This document shows positions 53,720 to 64,000 of a stretch of 64,000 nucleotides of DNA, in pieces. Position 1 is the stretch's first letter, and each line of letters begins with the position of its first letter. A program made the translations under genes and the position numbers. Source of the stretch: Eledone cirrhosa (taxonomy: Eukaryota); the NCBI GenBank assembly GCA_964016885.1, contig OZ024741.1, positions 394,816,001 through 394,880,000 of the forward strand. Reading direction: 5' to 3'. The notes under the pieces were generated by a model, which saw only the letters and a list, made by a program, of their open reading frames with translations, had not been told where the DNA came from and did no database searches.

Positions 53720-55080
53720 ATTGTAGGCTCTACTAGACGTGGGTGTTTCGACCTTACATTTGTAGACAATCTTACTGGAGAGGCATTTCCCGGAGAGAGG
53801 GCAGTCAACCTGATTCCTACAATTACAGTTAATACTAGCTACAGGATTGCACGTGTTCCTACAGCTAGGTATTTTAGCTAAATTTGAAGCAGTGATGTTA
53901 TGTACAAAGTTAGGAGTCGTAGAGTAAGATATTTTAATGTTATTTCTATTAAAAATTTTATTATATTTATGTGCTGAGGGGAAATGCTTCTTAATAAGGG
54001 AGAGAAAGATCTTAGCTAATAGTGTGGCCACCTCCATATTATATGGTGGGTTATACCATATAATGCGTTGGGATCTATTTTTCCTAGGTTTATGCTCATA
54101 CTTAGTATATGCTACCTTATCGACAAATCCACTCCGAGCAAGAGCTTCATTGTTATATGTGGAATGGTTGGTGAAAATATGCTCGTTTGTAGATAGACGG
54201 GAAAGCCTCAAAGAAACATTACTTACCAGGTTCTTGGTTATGCTGGCAGGATGGTTAGAATGCTTACTGATGTAATTAAGTGTATCATTCGGCTTTCTAT
54301 ACGGGTAGTGCAAGCAATTCGACAAATTGAGGGTAACGTTGAGGTAGTTTATGACCAAAAGGTTGGCCTCAACTTGTATAGAGAGGTTGAAGCCTTTAAA
54401 GAAGGCTGTGAGTTCTTTTCTAAACCTGTCGCAAGCGCGGCGACTGCAATTTGTCATTAGGGTTTCTTCTTTGATAGAAAAAAGAAGGAAAAGGCCAATA
54501 AGGTCTGTAACCTCCACCGAATCGCTGGCGCCCATACTCACGTCGAATGGGGTACTATTAGATTTTTTTATCCAAATAGAGTCGTAGAAATTAATCACAG
54601 ACTTACGGGCATTGAGGATGATATCAACTTCGAAATCCTTAACCACCGTGAGCGTTTTAGCGAAATTGATAGCTCTAAGAAGTGGCAAAGTGATGGAGGA
54701 GTAGTAGTTATTGATGTCAAATTGGATAAAACGGCAATGTTCCTTGTTGCATATGTCATTGAACCATTAAATCACCGCAAAATAGTTATTCCACAGTGCA
54801 AGAGAGACCAAGCTTCTAATTTCAGGTATAATTCTATCTAAAATTCTTTTACTAAGTCTAACTAAATCAGACTTCGTAGGGTTAATTAGCCAAATAGAAG
54901 GGTTATTGGCGAAATTAGTGATACTTCAGGGTAAGATGGGGGGGGGGGGAATAGGGTCCAGAGGTTCAGTCCGGTCCTGGATGTTGAGTTCTGAAGTGAT
55001 TTTAAACCCAGCATCGTTGATGTCATTAATGACACTCCGATCGGTTTTCCAGTAATCCTTGGTTACAGCATTCTTTCCAA
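53720..55080 (-). mobile_element. PLE (Nematis-like) RT plus start of GIY-YIG
   Basis: FIQFDI, FDVSMGA, YRKPN..SNHP, IIWYNPPY, CNCRN..CPLSGKCL..IVYKC. Confidence 0.88.
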
Positions 55081-55329
55081 GAACAATTTGTTTCACCTCA
55101 AGCAGATCATCAGCTTAGTTTAAATGAGATAATACAGAAAAGGAAAATAGACGTGCAGGAAATATTCTCAAAGGAGAGGTAACTCACATTAGATTGATGG
55201 GAGGTTGCTGAGAATACAATAGATTATTCATGATTCTTGGTTTAGGGGTATTACGTCCGATAGTTAGTTGGGGGCTTTAAAATTACGTAATAGATGTTTC
55301 GAAATGTGGGCACAACATGAGTAGAAATT

Positions 55330-56550
55330 GGATCTCATGTTTAGACAAGTGCTATTATGTTAATTCCTCAGGATATTGATTATTTCTTCAATGCACAGCC
55401 CACAAGACAGATTCCCATTTTCGTATGGCTTAGACTTGGTTATAACTTTCCATTGGATGGAGTAATCCACGCCTGCGTCCTTAAGGGACCATATGTGGCT
55501 TGCGAGCTTCGTGGACGATCATTTCTCTGGGTGTCTAAATGTCGACAGATGATTCAGGAAGCATTCTTTAAACCGGCCCTCTGCCATACCTACATAGGAT
55601 TTGAACTCATGTTGATTTGGTCAGTTAGAAGTGACTACAGCTTCATAAATTACAGTGGGTGTGTTGCACTGTTGCTGAAGAGGACAAACTTCAGGCCTTC
55701 AGCAAGAGCATCCTGGTGGGGTTGTGCTCTTAGGGTTGTTGGTGATGTGGACCTTCATAATTTTAGCACAGGAGTAGCCGAGTTTCACCTTGTGTCTTTT
55801 AAAGATGGAACAGTATTTATGACTTATGGGGAAGTGCTTATCTAGGAGAGCTAAAAATCTTTTACCTACATTAGTTTTAACGTTAAGTGAGAAGTGGGAG
55901 AAAACCAAATTATCTTTTTATTTGCATGACTTCTTTTTTTGTTGATCTGCTCTGTGTTGGAGGCTGCGTTCATCGTATGTCTGGGTTTTTGTTGGTTGCT
56001 GGTACTGTCATACCCATGGAGGCGTTTGCTGTTTAATTTCATGTTTATGGTATTTGTGTCTTGTAGGAAGGTGGTCGTCTATAAGTTTCAAGAAGAGATA
56101 AGATAGCTTAGTAGTTACCAGATCGTTATGCGGAGGATTATATCATAGGTATGATCTTGTGTTTATATCATAGGTATGATCCCTGGTGTTTTCTTATTTG
56201 CATTATTATTATTATTATTTGGTTTGTTATTGGTACTGCAACTGTGGGGCTTTGAGCCGTTGGTTGTTTAATTTGCAAATTTTGTATGGTATGTTCTTGA
56301 TATCTTATTTTGGTCGGGGTGGTTGAATTTTCATCTGCATCGTGTATCTGGAAGAAATTTTAGTAGTTCATCATAACCGGCCGCCTTAAGTAGAGCAGCG
56401 TTGTAGTAGTCTGCATGTATATTGAAGGAGGATTCAGAGACAGGCAATGGAGATAGTGATGGTCCTAGTATGGTTAGATCATCGATTAACTTAGTTTAAG
56501 TTGTCGTTAATTTCATGGAGGGGTTCATATAGGCCAGAGTTAAGGTATGT
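55330..56550 (-). mobile_element. Further PLE fragments including a GIY-YIG domain
   Basis: NVKTNVGKRFL..KHFP, CPL..C..VIYEA..SYVGM..FKE, LASHIW..IQWKVI..CGLCIEE. Confidence 0.78.
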
Positions 56551-56709
56551 ATAAATATATATTGTGAGGGATATATATATATGAATGTATGTATAGTATA
56601 TTTGGCAATATACCGTATGTTTAATTAAAAACATTTAGAAGACCATATGCTATCGATTTTAAAGTAGTGACTATGTCACTTACTTCTTTTCGGCAAAAGA
56701 AGGGAGAGA

Positions 56710-56750
56710 AGCTAACAGTCTGTTTCACACTGTTTGGCAATCATCAGAGC
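56710..56750 (-). ncRNA. Minimal hammerhead-like motif
   Basis: Minus: gct-CTGATGA-ttgccaaacagtgt-GAAA-cagactg-tt-agc. Core intact, stem II poor. Confidence 0.5.
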
Positions 56751-56897
56751 CATGCACCCCCTGCTTCCGCCAAAAATTATAGAATCTGGATTCTTATAGA
56801 ATTCCAGTAATAATCAGGAGCTGATTATACAGAGCGATTGCCGGTCCAGCAAAAATTAGGTTTAGGATTGGTGCTCTGAAATAGCGATGTATACATG

Positions 56898-57025
56898 GAT
56901 TGGCAGTATCGGTAGAGGGTCATATGCCTAGGTTAACTTTGCCTTTCATCCTTACGGGGTCGATGAAATAAAGTACCAGTAATGTACTGGGTAATTGCTG
57001 GCTTTGTGCCAAAAGTAGAAACAAT
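56898..57025 (+). mobile_element. SINE (OK/OR-like), internally deleted
   Basis: Homologous to 31134-31314. Confidence 0.8.
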
Positions 57026-57197
57026 TATTATTATTATTATATATATATATAATAATATATGTAGTAATAAACACAGTAAATTGTATGTTTTTAAAATTAC
57101 GAGGGTAAAGATAAAGCTGGTTTGACAGATTTAACCTGAAGCAAACATAAAATACAGGATAAAGAGTAAAATGTACTGACCGTTTCAATAACTATTT

Positions 57198-57285
57198 ATC
57201 TCCCGGACAGATTAGAGATTTAATCTGTTTCGCCCTGAGAATTGTGTTTGTAACAGATAATCCGTAGGCATCATCAGCAAGAGAT
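57198..57285 (-). ncRNA. Type I hammerhead ribozyme, apparently intact
   Basis: Minus: atctcttg-CTGATGA-t-gcct...gggc-GAAA-cagatta(aatctc)taatctGTC^cgggagat. All three stems pair. Confidence 0.88.
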
Positions 57286-57677
57286 TAGATCAAATGTGAC
57301 AAACACCTAAGACTAGAAGCTACACTAGTGAATATTTCACTTCGTGCGTGAGACGTCCAAAGTGGCGTGAGTGGATCGGCTAGAAATAATAGCCTAAATT
57401 CACCCAACTTATAAGCTCACCAAGTTAGATACTACCATAGCTTCCTATTTTATTGCTTGCTGTATAATAGGCTCTATTCAACGCTGGCCAGTCCCCAGGG
57501 AAAATGAACAGTAGGCAGTATTCTTGTGTGTGTGTATACATATACATACGTATATATATGCACGTGTGTGTATAAGTATGTATGCATGTTTTTTTTTGTG
57601 GAGCAAGAGACTCATAATCTTTAAAACATTTTTCTAGGAGAAGGTCACTCTGATATAAAACTTACGACCAGTTCTTT

Positions 57678-57885
57678 TGGGGCAAATGCATTCGATGTTC
57701 AGAGAGTGGGATTGACCTCTCTCTTAAGCTTCAAGTACAGGCATCACTTCATATGTGACATTTTTTGCGATGCATGCTATTGCTGGCCATAGGCAAATCT
57801 GTAGCAGGACTAAAAAGCCATGACCGTCATGCTTATGCTTAAGTATCAAGCGATGGCATTACTGAAAATTGAGTTGCAGCCATCA
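57678..57885. repeat. Unclassified dispersed repeat (second copy at 19630-19858)
   Basis: Direct sequence similarity between the two copies. Confidence 0.75.
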
Positions 57886-58213
57886 TATATGTATGTATGA
57901 TGTATGCATTGATTCTGGTTAAGTGAAGCATCATATATTTTAATTTGTATTAATTCCCTTGGGAATTGTTTGACCAACTGCTTTGCTTAATTGTTTTAGT
58001 TGTTTTATTTTTTTATTTTTATTCTTTCCCTAGGACTTTGGATTTTCTTTGAAAGCAAATTTTTTGCATTAGACCCTAAAATATACTAGCATAGGTGCCA
58101 AAGAGGCCCACTTGCCAATAGGCAAGCTGATGAGCTGGCCAGTTCACCACTGATCATCATCATCATTTAACATATGCCCTCTCTGCTAATAAGGATTGGA
58201 ATATATATATATA

Positions 58214-58321
58214 GTTTTAATATAGATGAGATTCTACAGGAGTAGAACTGTTTCATTCTTTAGGATGATTTCTAAAGAATGAAACAGTTCTAGTCCTGTA
58301 GAATCTCATCTATATTAAAAC
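58214..58321. repeat. Near-perfect inverted repeat with ~50-bp arms (PLE terminal-repeat foldback)
   Basis: gttttaatatagatgagattctacaggagtagaactgtttcattctttag / ctaaagaatgaaacagttctagtcctgtagaatctcatctatattaaaac, one mismatch. Confidence 0.92.
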
Positions 58322-58410
58322 TTTTATACTCTGCTATGTATTGAGTACCTTACTTACTGTGGTTACCTCCGATTCAACCCGGAATAACATATATATATAT
58401 ATATATATAT

Positions 58411-59119
58411 AAGTAGAAGCTTAGTAAAATCGAAGCTTTGGCTGTGGCCAAGTAAAGTCGACCTACAATTAGGAATGAGTAGCAAAGCACTCAATAAGGG
58501 TAGGTCGTCAGAGTAATAACATTACGTTTAGATAGCTTGACAAATTGAAAATTGCGGCAGGCAAAACCCAACCATACAATACCAAAACAACGAAAGAACT
58601 TACAGGTTAGACAACAGACCTAGACAGATCGAACGATATTCTGCAATACGTCCGATATGTTTCTATGAATCCGAAATCATTAATCCAACTTATGTAACAC
58701 GTAAGCTTGTGGTATTCCATGATCAAATAGGGGACTCACTTCATCGACAGGCATTTTGTTCTTTTGCCTCAAACGGGTGTGAACTTAACTCCATGCGACC
58801 ACCATAATAGACAGCCTTCAATCATTTCGTTGTCACGTGTTATTTCCAACAAGGGAAGCAACCCTTGGTTTTTGGCGGGTAAATTCAAAATGTTAACAAA
58901 GGAAAATAATTCCGCTCAACATTCCGAATAAAAGCTCTCAACTAGATGTTATTAAACAAACACAAATAATTAACCAATCAACAGAATTGTCTAATTAAAT
59001 TAATTAATTAATTATTATGTCTAGGAGATAATAATACAAGTGGAAGCTTAGTAAAATCGAAGCTTTGGCTATGGCCAAGCAAAGTCGACCTACAATTAGG
59101 AATGAGTAGCAAAGCACTC
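58411..59119 (-). mobile_element. Non-coding retrozyme-like element with 82-bp terminal direct repeats
   Basis: 58411-58492 matches 59038-59119. (TA)n on both flanks. Internal HHR fold. No ORF in the track. Confidence 0.78.
58618..58752 (-). ncRNA. Type I hammerhead with extended stems II and III, core mutated
   Basis: Minus: gcctg-TCGATGA-a-gtgagtcc...ggattcat-a-GAAA-catatcggacg(tattgcagaatat)cgttcgatctGTC^taggt. Confidence 0.7.
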
Positions 59120-59129
59120 TATATATATA

Positions 59130-61420
59130 TAACGAAGGAAGTGTGTAAGGAACTAGGTGGACCATAACGCACCAGAGTACTCAATACTTAGGGTAGTAGA
59201 GTGGGTAATAGGAAAAGGTTCAGGACCCCGACGGCAGAGCTCAAGCCGTTTCGACGGCTATTTCTGGACTAAATTAGATTTTTAGTGGTATAAATAGCCG
59301 AGTGTTAACCGTCATACCTATGTATGCTTTTCTCTGCATGCTGGTGGTGACCTCGTATTTGTATACTACATTGGTAGTTAGGCATTTGGAGTACAGAGGG
59401 TACTCCTCCCGGTAGCGTCAATTGCAGTATTGTTCTATGGTTAGGTTGGTTGGACCATGGGATCTGTGTCTGCTGAGTTTGGTCCTGTTGGATCTAGTGA
59501 TACTCTGTGCTGTATTTGGTGTTGTTGAGTAGGATAGTTTTACAGTATTTATTTTAAAAAATCCTATGGTACCGGTGCTATGGTAGGAAGTGTCTACAGA
59601 TCATCCTGAAGAAGATCTGAGGAGAGGTGTTGCCACTTCCGCATTGTTGGGTGGGTTATACTAGGTAAACCCTACATTTCCTGTTCCAGCGGTGGTTGCA
59701 TGCCTTTTCGGGTCCAATAAATTTTATCTTGGTTAAATCCGCTGTGTCAGAGGGCACCGTTGTAATAGGGCACATGCTCATAGAAGATTTGCCTGGTTGC
59801 AGACAGCTGGGAGATGTGGATGGAGACGTTTTTAGTCAGATTATTGGTTATGGAACAGGGCTGGTTGGAGTTCCTATTGATATGTTGGAGTGTCTCATTA
59901 CGCTTCCTATACAGGTAGTATAATCCGGTTTTGTGGTTCAGTGTCACATCGAGTAAGTCTACAGTATTCAGGTTGGTAATCTGGAATCCTAAGTTGGTGA
60001 AGAAGTCCAGGAGATCCTTTCTGGTTCAGTCGGTTGTGTGGTGGCTGAAATTGTGGAGGGTGAGTAGGCTGTCATCGTGGTACAGGCCCCCTCCAAACTG
60101 TGGGAAGCGATCTTTTAATTTAGACACGACATCAGGTCCATAACCTCCACTGACTCACTGGCCCCCATGTTCACATCAAAGGGGAGTCAAATGACTGCTT
60201 GGCCCAATGTGACCCGTCATAGGTCAGGAGTGAGTGGTGTGCATGTAGTATAATCTCATACGTAGAGTCCTCTATTATAGTGTAAGTTCTAGCGACATCT
60301 AGGGCCCGCTTCAGAATTTATTAATACATAATAGTTCTTGATGTCAAACTGAAGAAACTTGGTCCTCTCTTTTTTGCCAATCTGTCAAAACCAGCCATAT
60401 TAATGCAGAGGTATAATGTGGTCCAGCAGTTGTTTACGTCCTATGTCCAATTTGGTGGGGTTCATGAGACATGTAGTTGGGTTGCTGTTGAAGTCACACT
60501 TGTAGTCCTTCAGGGTGAAGTGTGGTTCCTTTGGGCTAAGGGATTCAGTGTGGCAGTACATTCTTGGATTAGGAGGTCTGAAGTAATCTGCTGGCCTGTT
60601 TTATTGATTGTGTTGATGGTTGAGTGGTTTGTTTTTTTTATAATTAGAAGTGAATCTGTTGTAGATGAAACGGTGGTAACGTTCATGGTCGATGAGGCAC
60701 AGGTTGTTCGTTTTATTAGAGTGTAACAGGAGGTAATCTGTGTTCTTGAGATCGCTGGTTAGAGTTTCCTCTGGAACTCGTTAGGGTGCCTTTTGAATTT
60801 AATATTCTTGATCAGAGAAAAGAGCTTTGCTTCAAATTCAGCCAATAATGGGTTGTTCGGTGGGGTCAATGTCGATTTGAATCTATAGGTCTCTCTGTGT
60901 TGGAGGTTGCCACATTGCTGGTTATGTTGGTCGAAGAATAATGCATACCATGTATGTCTTTTGATGAAGATATCAGTCTTCTACGGTTGGAGTCTGATGA
61001 ATACCCTCCTGCTAGGAAAGGGTATGTTTTTGGTGGAGAAATCGGTGGTCTTTTTTGGCATATATGTTGGGTAGGCGATCATTGGTTAGTTGAATTAGGG
61101 TTGGAAAAAGTGCTCTACTGAGGGAGCTAAAGTATAAATAGAATATGCGGTGATGAGACCACTCGATAGATGTGGGGAGATGTAGAGTGGGTATATATAT
61201 ATACATACATATATATATATAGGAAAAGGTTCAGGACCCCGACGGCAGAGCTCAAGCCGTTTCGATGGCTATTTCTGGGCTAAATTAGATTTTTAGCGTG
61301 GTAATAAATAGCCAAACTTTTCAAGGGGTAATTCCATATATGGGCATGCGATAATCATGCATTTCTGAAGGTTGTAGCTGCCAAAAGGATTGTTCAAAGT
61401 TTCTTGTAATTACAGTTAAA
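59130..61420 (-). mobile_element. PLE in partial-tandem arrangement with two terminal repeats
   Basis: ~90-bp direct repeats at 59209-59299 and 61220-61313. Degraded RT (FLQFDI, FDVNMG, YRKRNETLQHINRNSNQP). NVVYKY..KAYIGM endonuclease motif. Confidence 0.87.
61236..61329 (-). ncRNA. Degenerate hammerhead in the PLE terminal repeat (truncated copy at 59225-59300)
   Basis: Minus: acccc-TTGAAAA-g..tggctattt...aaatagccat-c-GAAA-cggc(ttgagctct)gccGTC^ggggt. Confidence 0.65.
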
Positions 61421-62000
61421 TCTTTCATGGTGATGAGTAGGGGGTGGGGGTGGCTGAGCTTGCCTGTAGAACAATGAGGGAGTGGGTGAAGCCGGTCAAG
61501 CGTTGAAAGTAAGTTCTATACAGCAGATTCTAAGGAGTGTAGATGAATTAGGCTAGCTAGAAAGCAGGTGAAAAAAGAATTCTACAGGAATCTGAAAATG
61601 GGAAATTATAAAATTAAAAAGTTAAAAAATTAAAAATTAAAAAATTAAGAAATAAAAAAAAAACGAGTCTAAAACAGCTGCTATATTTTTAGCTGGTATT
61701 GCGTTTTCAGCCAATGCTATATAGAATTCACATGGGTGGGAGTACTGAGGCTACAAAAGCCCGATCGGCTGCCTCAGGGTAAGCGAAAGAGGAAAAAGGA
61801 AAAGGAAGAGGAGAGGGAGAGGAAGAAAATGAGAAGAAGAGATAAAGGGAAAAAAGAAAAGGAATACATAAGAAAAAAAGAGTAAGAAAAATATTATTAA
61901 AAAAATTAAAATATATAGCAATCTAGAAAAAAACGTATGTGTACATACATATACACATACACACATTCAGATAAAAGGAAAATATATATATATATATATA

Positions 62001-63214
62001 TTTCTAGTATGTAGGAAGGAAAATAGGGTACTGGTCCCATCTGGGAAATGGCCATGCTCAGTGTGTAGGAAAGGAGTAGGCAGAAACTCCATTTTATGTC
62101 CCAAATGCAAAGTATGGGTGCATAAAAGATGTAGTGGGATCACAGGTAAGCTGACTAAGAATATAGATTTTATATGTGGCCGGTGCTCAGGTGCAAGAAG
62201 TAGCAGCAAGTGCCCACAGAATACCAGCTCTTTCAATTGCACAGAGGGCTCTATAGAAATAGTGGACACCCTCCGTTACCTGGGTGACAAAATAAGCAGT
62301 GGTAGAAGGTGCTCTGAAAGTACAGTAGCTAGAGTCAGAACGGGATGGAAAAAGTTCAGAGAGCTTATACCACTATTGGCCGCTAAAGGTTTCTCTCTAA
62401 AAATGAAAGGCAGGCTGTATGATGCCTGCATACGAACAGCAATGTTACATGGCAGTGAGACTTGGGCATTGTGTGCAGAGGATCTACACAGACTGGAGAG
62501 GAACGAAGCTTGCATGCTCCGTTGGATGTGTAATAGTAATATACGTGAACGGCAAAGCATAAATGAACTAAGTGAGAAATTAGGAATAAGAGGGATCAGA
62601 TGCTTTTTACTCATTGGTATGGTCATGTGATGCGCATGAAAGACGACAGCTGTATAAAAAAAAGTGCAGGGCGATCAAAATAGATGGTAGCCACGGAGTA
62701 GGTAGACCCAGAAAAACCTGGGACGACTTGATAAATTCCGACCTCACACACTTATACCTCTCCAAGACAATGTCACTGGACCGAGATCTTTGGCGCTATG
62801 CAGTAATACAGAAGACCCACCTTGCCTAAGTGCAAAGCGAAACCTACAGTCAGTAGGCACCTCTTACCAAAATACACCCCCGTCCCACTACCCCCACTCC
62901 ACACCACCCCTTTCGATGTAAAGTTATGTTGGTACCACAACATCCAGTCCTAAATAAATGAGGTCGTGTAGGTGTCACGACAAAAAAAACACAGTCCACG
63001 CTGTAATGTGGCTGTGTAGGTAACACGGTAAAAACCTCCCAGTCCACACTGTAAACGTGATTGGTGTTAGGAAGGGCATCCAGCCGTAGAAAACTCGCCA
63101 GACAGTCGTATACGAGCAAGACAACCAATCTTGCCTCAAGTGGGAAAATTCCCATCCAAACCCATGCTAGCGTGGAAGATGGATGTTAAAAGATGATGAT
63201 GATGATGATGATGA
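62001..63214 (+). mobile_element. RTE subfamily A, 5'-truncated
   Basis: ORF 62061-62630 with the PHD finger, 3' UTR and GAT tail. Inserted in (TA)n. Confidence 0.94.
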
Positions 63215-64000
63215 TATATACGAAATGATACGGAGACGTCAGACGCATAGAGTTATACATAGATACAATCACATACGCAAAACTACATGTATTGTCCAGT
63301 GGAAGTATAAACAGCTTGGAGTATGCAAAAATACAAATGAACACACGCAGCCACATATATATAAAATTATATATATATATATAAATACACACACATACAC
63401 AGACATATACAGACATACATACACACACACATATATATATACATACATATACACATACACACATACATATATATATATATATACACAAAATATATATAAA
63501 AATATATGTGTTAGGTGATTCCAAAGAGGAAGCAAAGGAAAAAACGAGTGCTCTGTGTATAGAACAGAGCTGTAAGAATATTTTGTTGTTGAAAGTGTGA
63601 TAAAGGCTCAGGGTGGTAAAATAAGAGAGAATGTTCAGGAAAAGGTGAAGTAAAAAAGTGAATAATATGTAAAATAAATATAATATAAAGTAAAATAAAA
63701 TAAGTGTTGAATATGTAAAGTAAGAGATATTGTTCAAAGTAAAAGTAAAGGAAAAGAAGAAAGGAATAAAATAGGTGTAATATAAAATAAGGGCTTAATA
63801 TAAGTGTTGAATGTGTGATAAAGGTCCGTAGTGTTTAAAGTAAGAGAGTTCAAGGTGGGTAAATGTCCAAAGTGTTTTCATGCCGAGAAAGGAGGTCAGT
63901 TCTTATAGGTGGGCAAATTTTAAATATCTCAGAATTAGAGTTAAGACAGGTGTTGAGAGATTTCAGATTTTGTAGAATTCTATATTTTTCTGTTACGCAC

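Noticed and set aside
58085-58140. ttgcc-aata-ggcaa-gctga-tgag resembling the P4, J4/2 and P2' parts of an HDV-like ribozyme
   Set aside because: No P1, P2 or P3 partners could be found upstream.
61743-61792. ctgaggc...gcctcag...gcgaaag hairpin as a possible hammerhead
   Set aside because: The core is not CUGANGA, and no stem III or cleavage triplet is present.
63183-63737. ORFs rich in Y/I/H/T/C/V (also 2977-3263 and 6388-6877)
   Set aside because: They are translations of TA/CA microsatellites.

Overview
AT-rich animal genomic DNA, most likely octopod cephalopod. This is inferred from the SINE types, the (TA)n/(CA)n density and the RTE LINEs with (GAT)n tails. Most of the window is transposon-derived. 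One clear host exon is present: the N-terminal Zn/RING exon of an LNX1/LNX2-like E3 ligase (minus strand, 39951-40359). No downstream LNX exon was recognised, so 1-39950 is probably one long intron. The dominant repeat is an RTE LINE family (APE-RT, at least two subfamilies) with a C4HC3 PHD-type finger inside the RT region and a modular hairpin 3' UTR. Also present are two other RTE elements with 5' inversions, a Tx1/L1-like element, a CRE fragment, a Helitron split by an RTE copy (9-bp TSD), SINEs and MITEs. A Penelope-like element (PLE) cluster lies at 53.7-61.4 kb. The most notable signal is a set of hammerhead ribozyme (HHR) motifs folded by eye: one apparently intact (57198-57285), several degenerate, and one inside a ~627-nt non-coding, terminally redundant retrozyme-like element (58411-59119). 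Boundaries of degraded elements are approximate, and no database searches were run.
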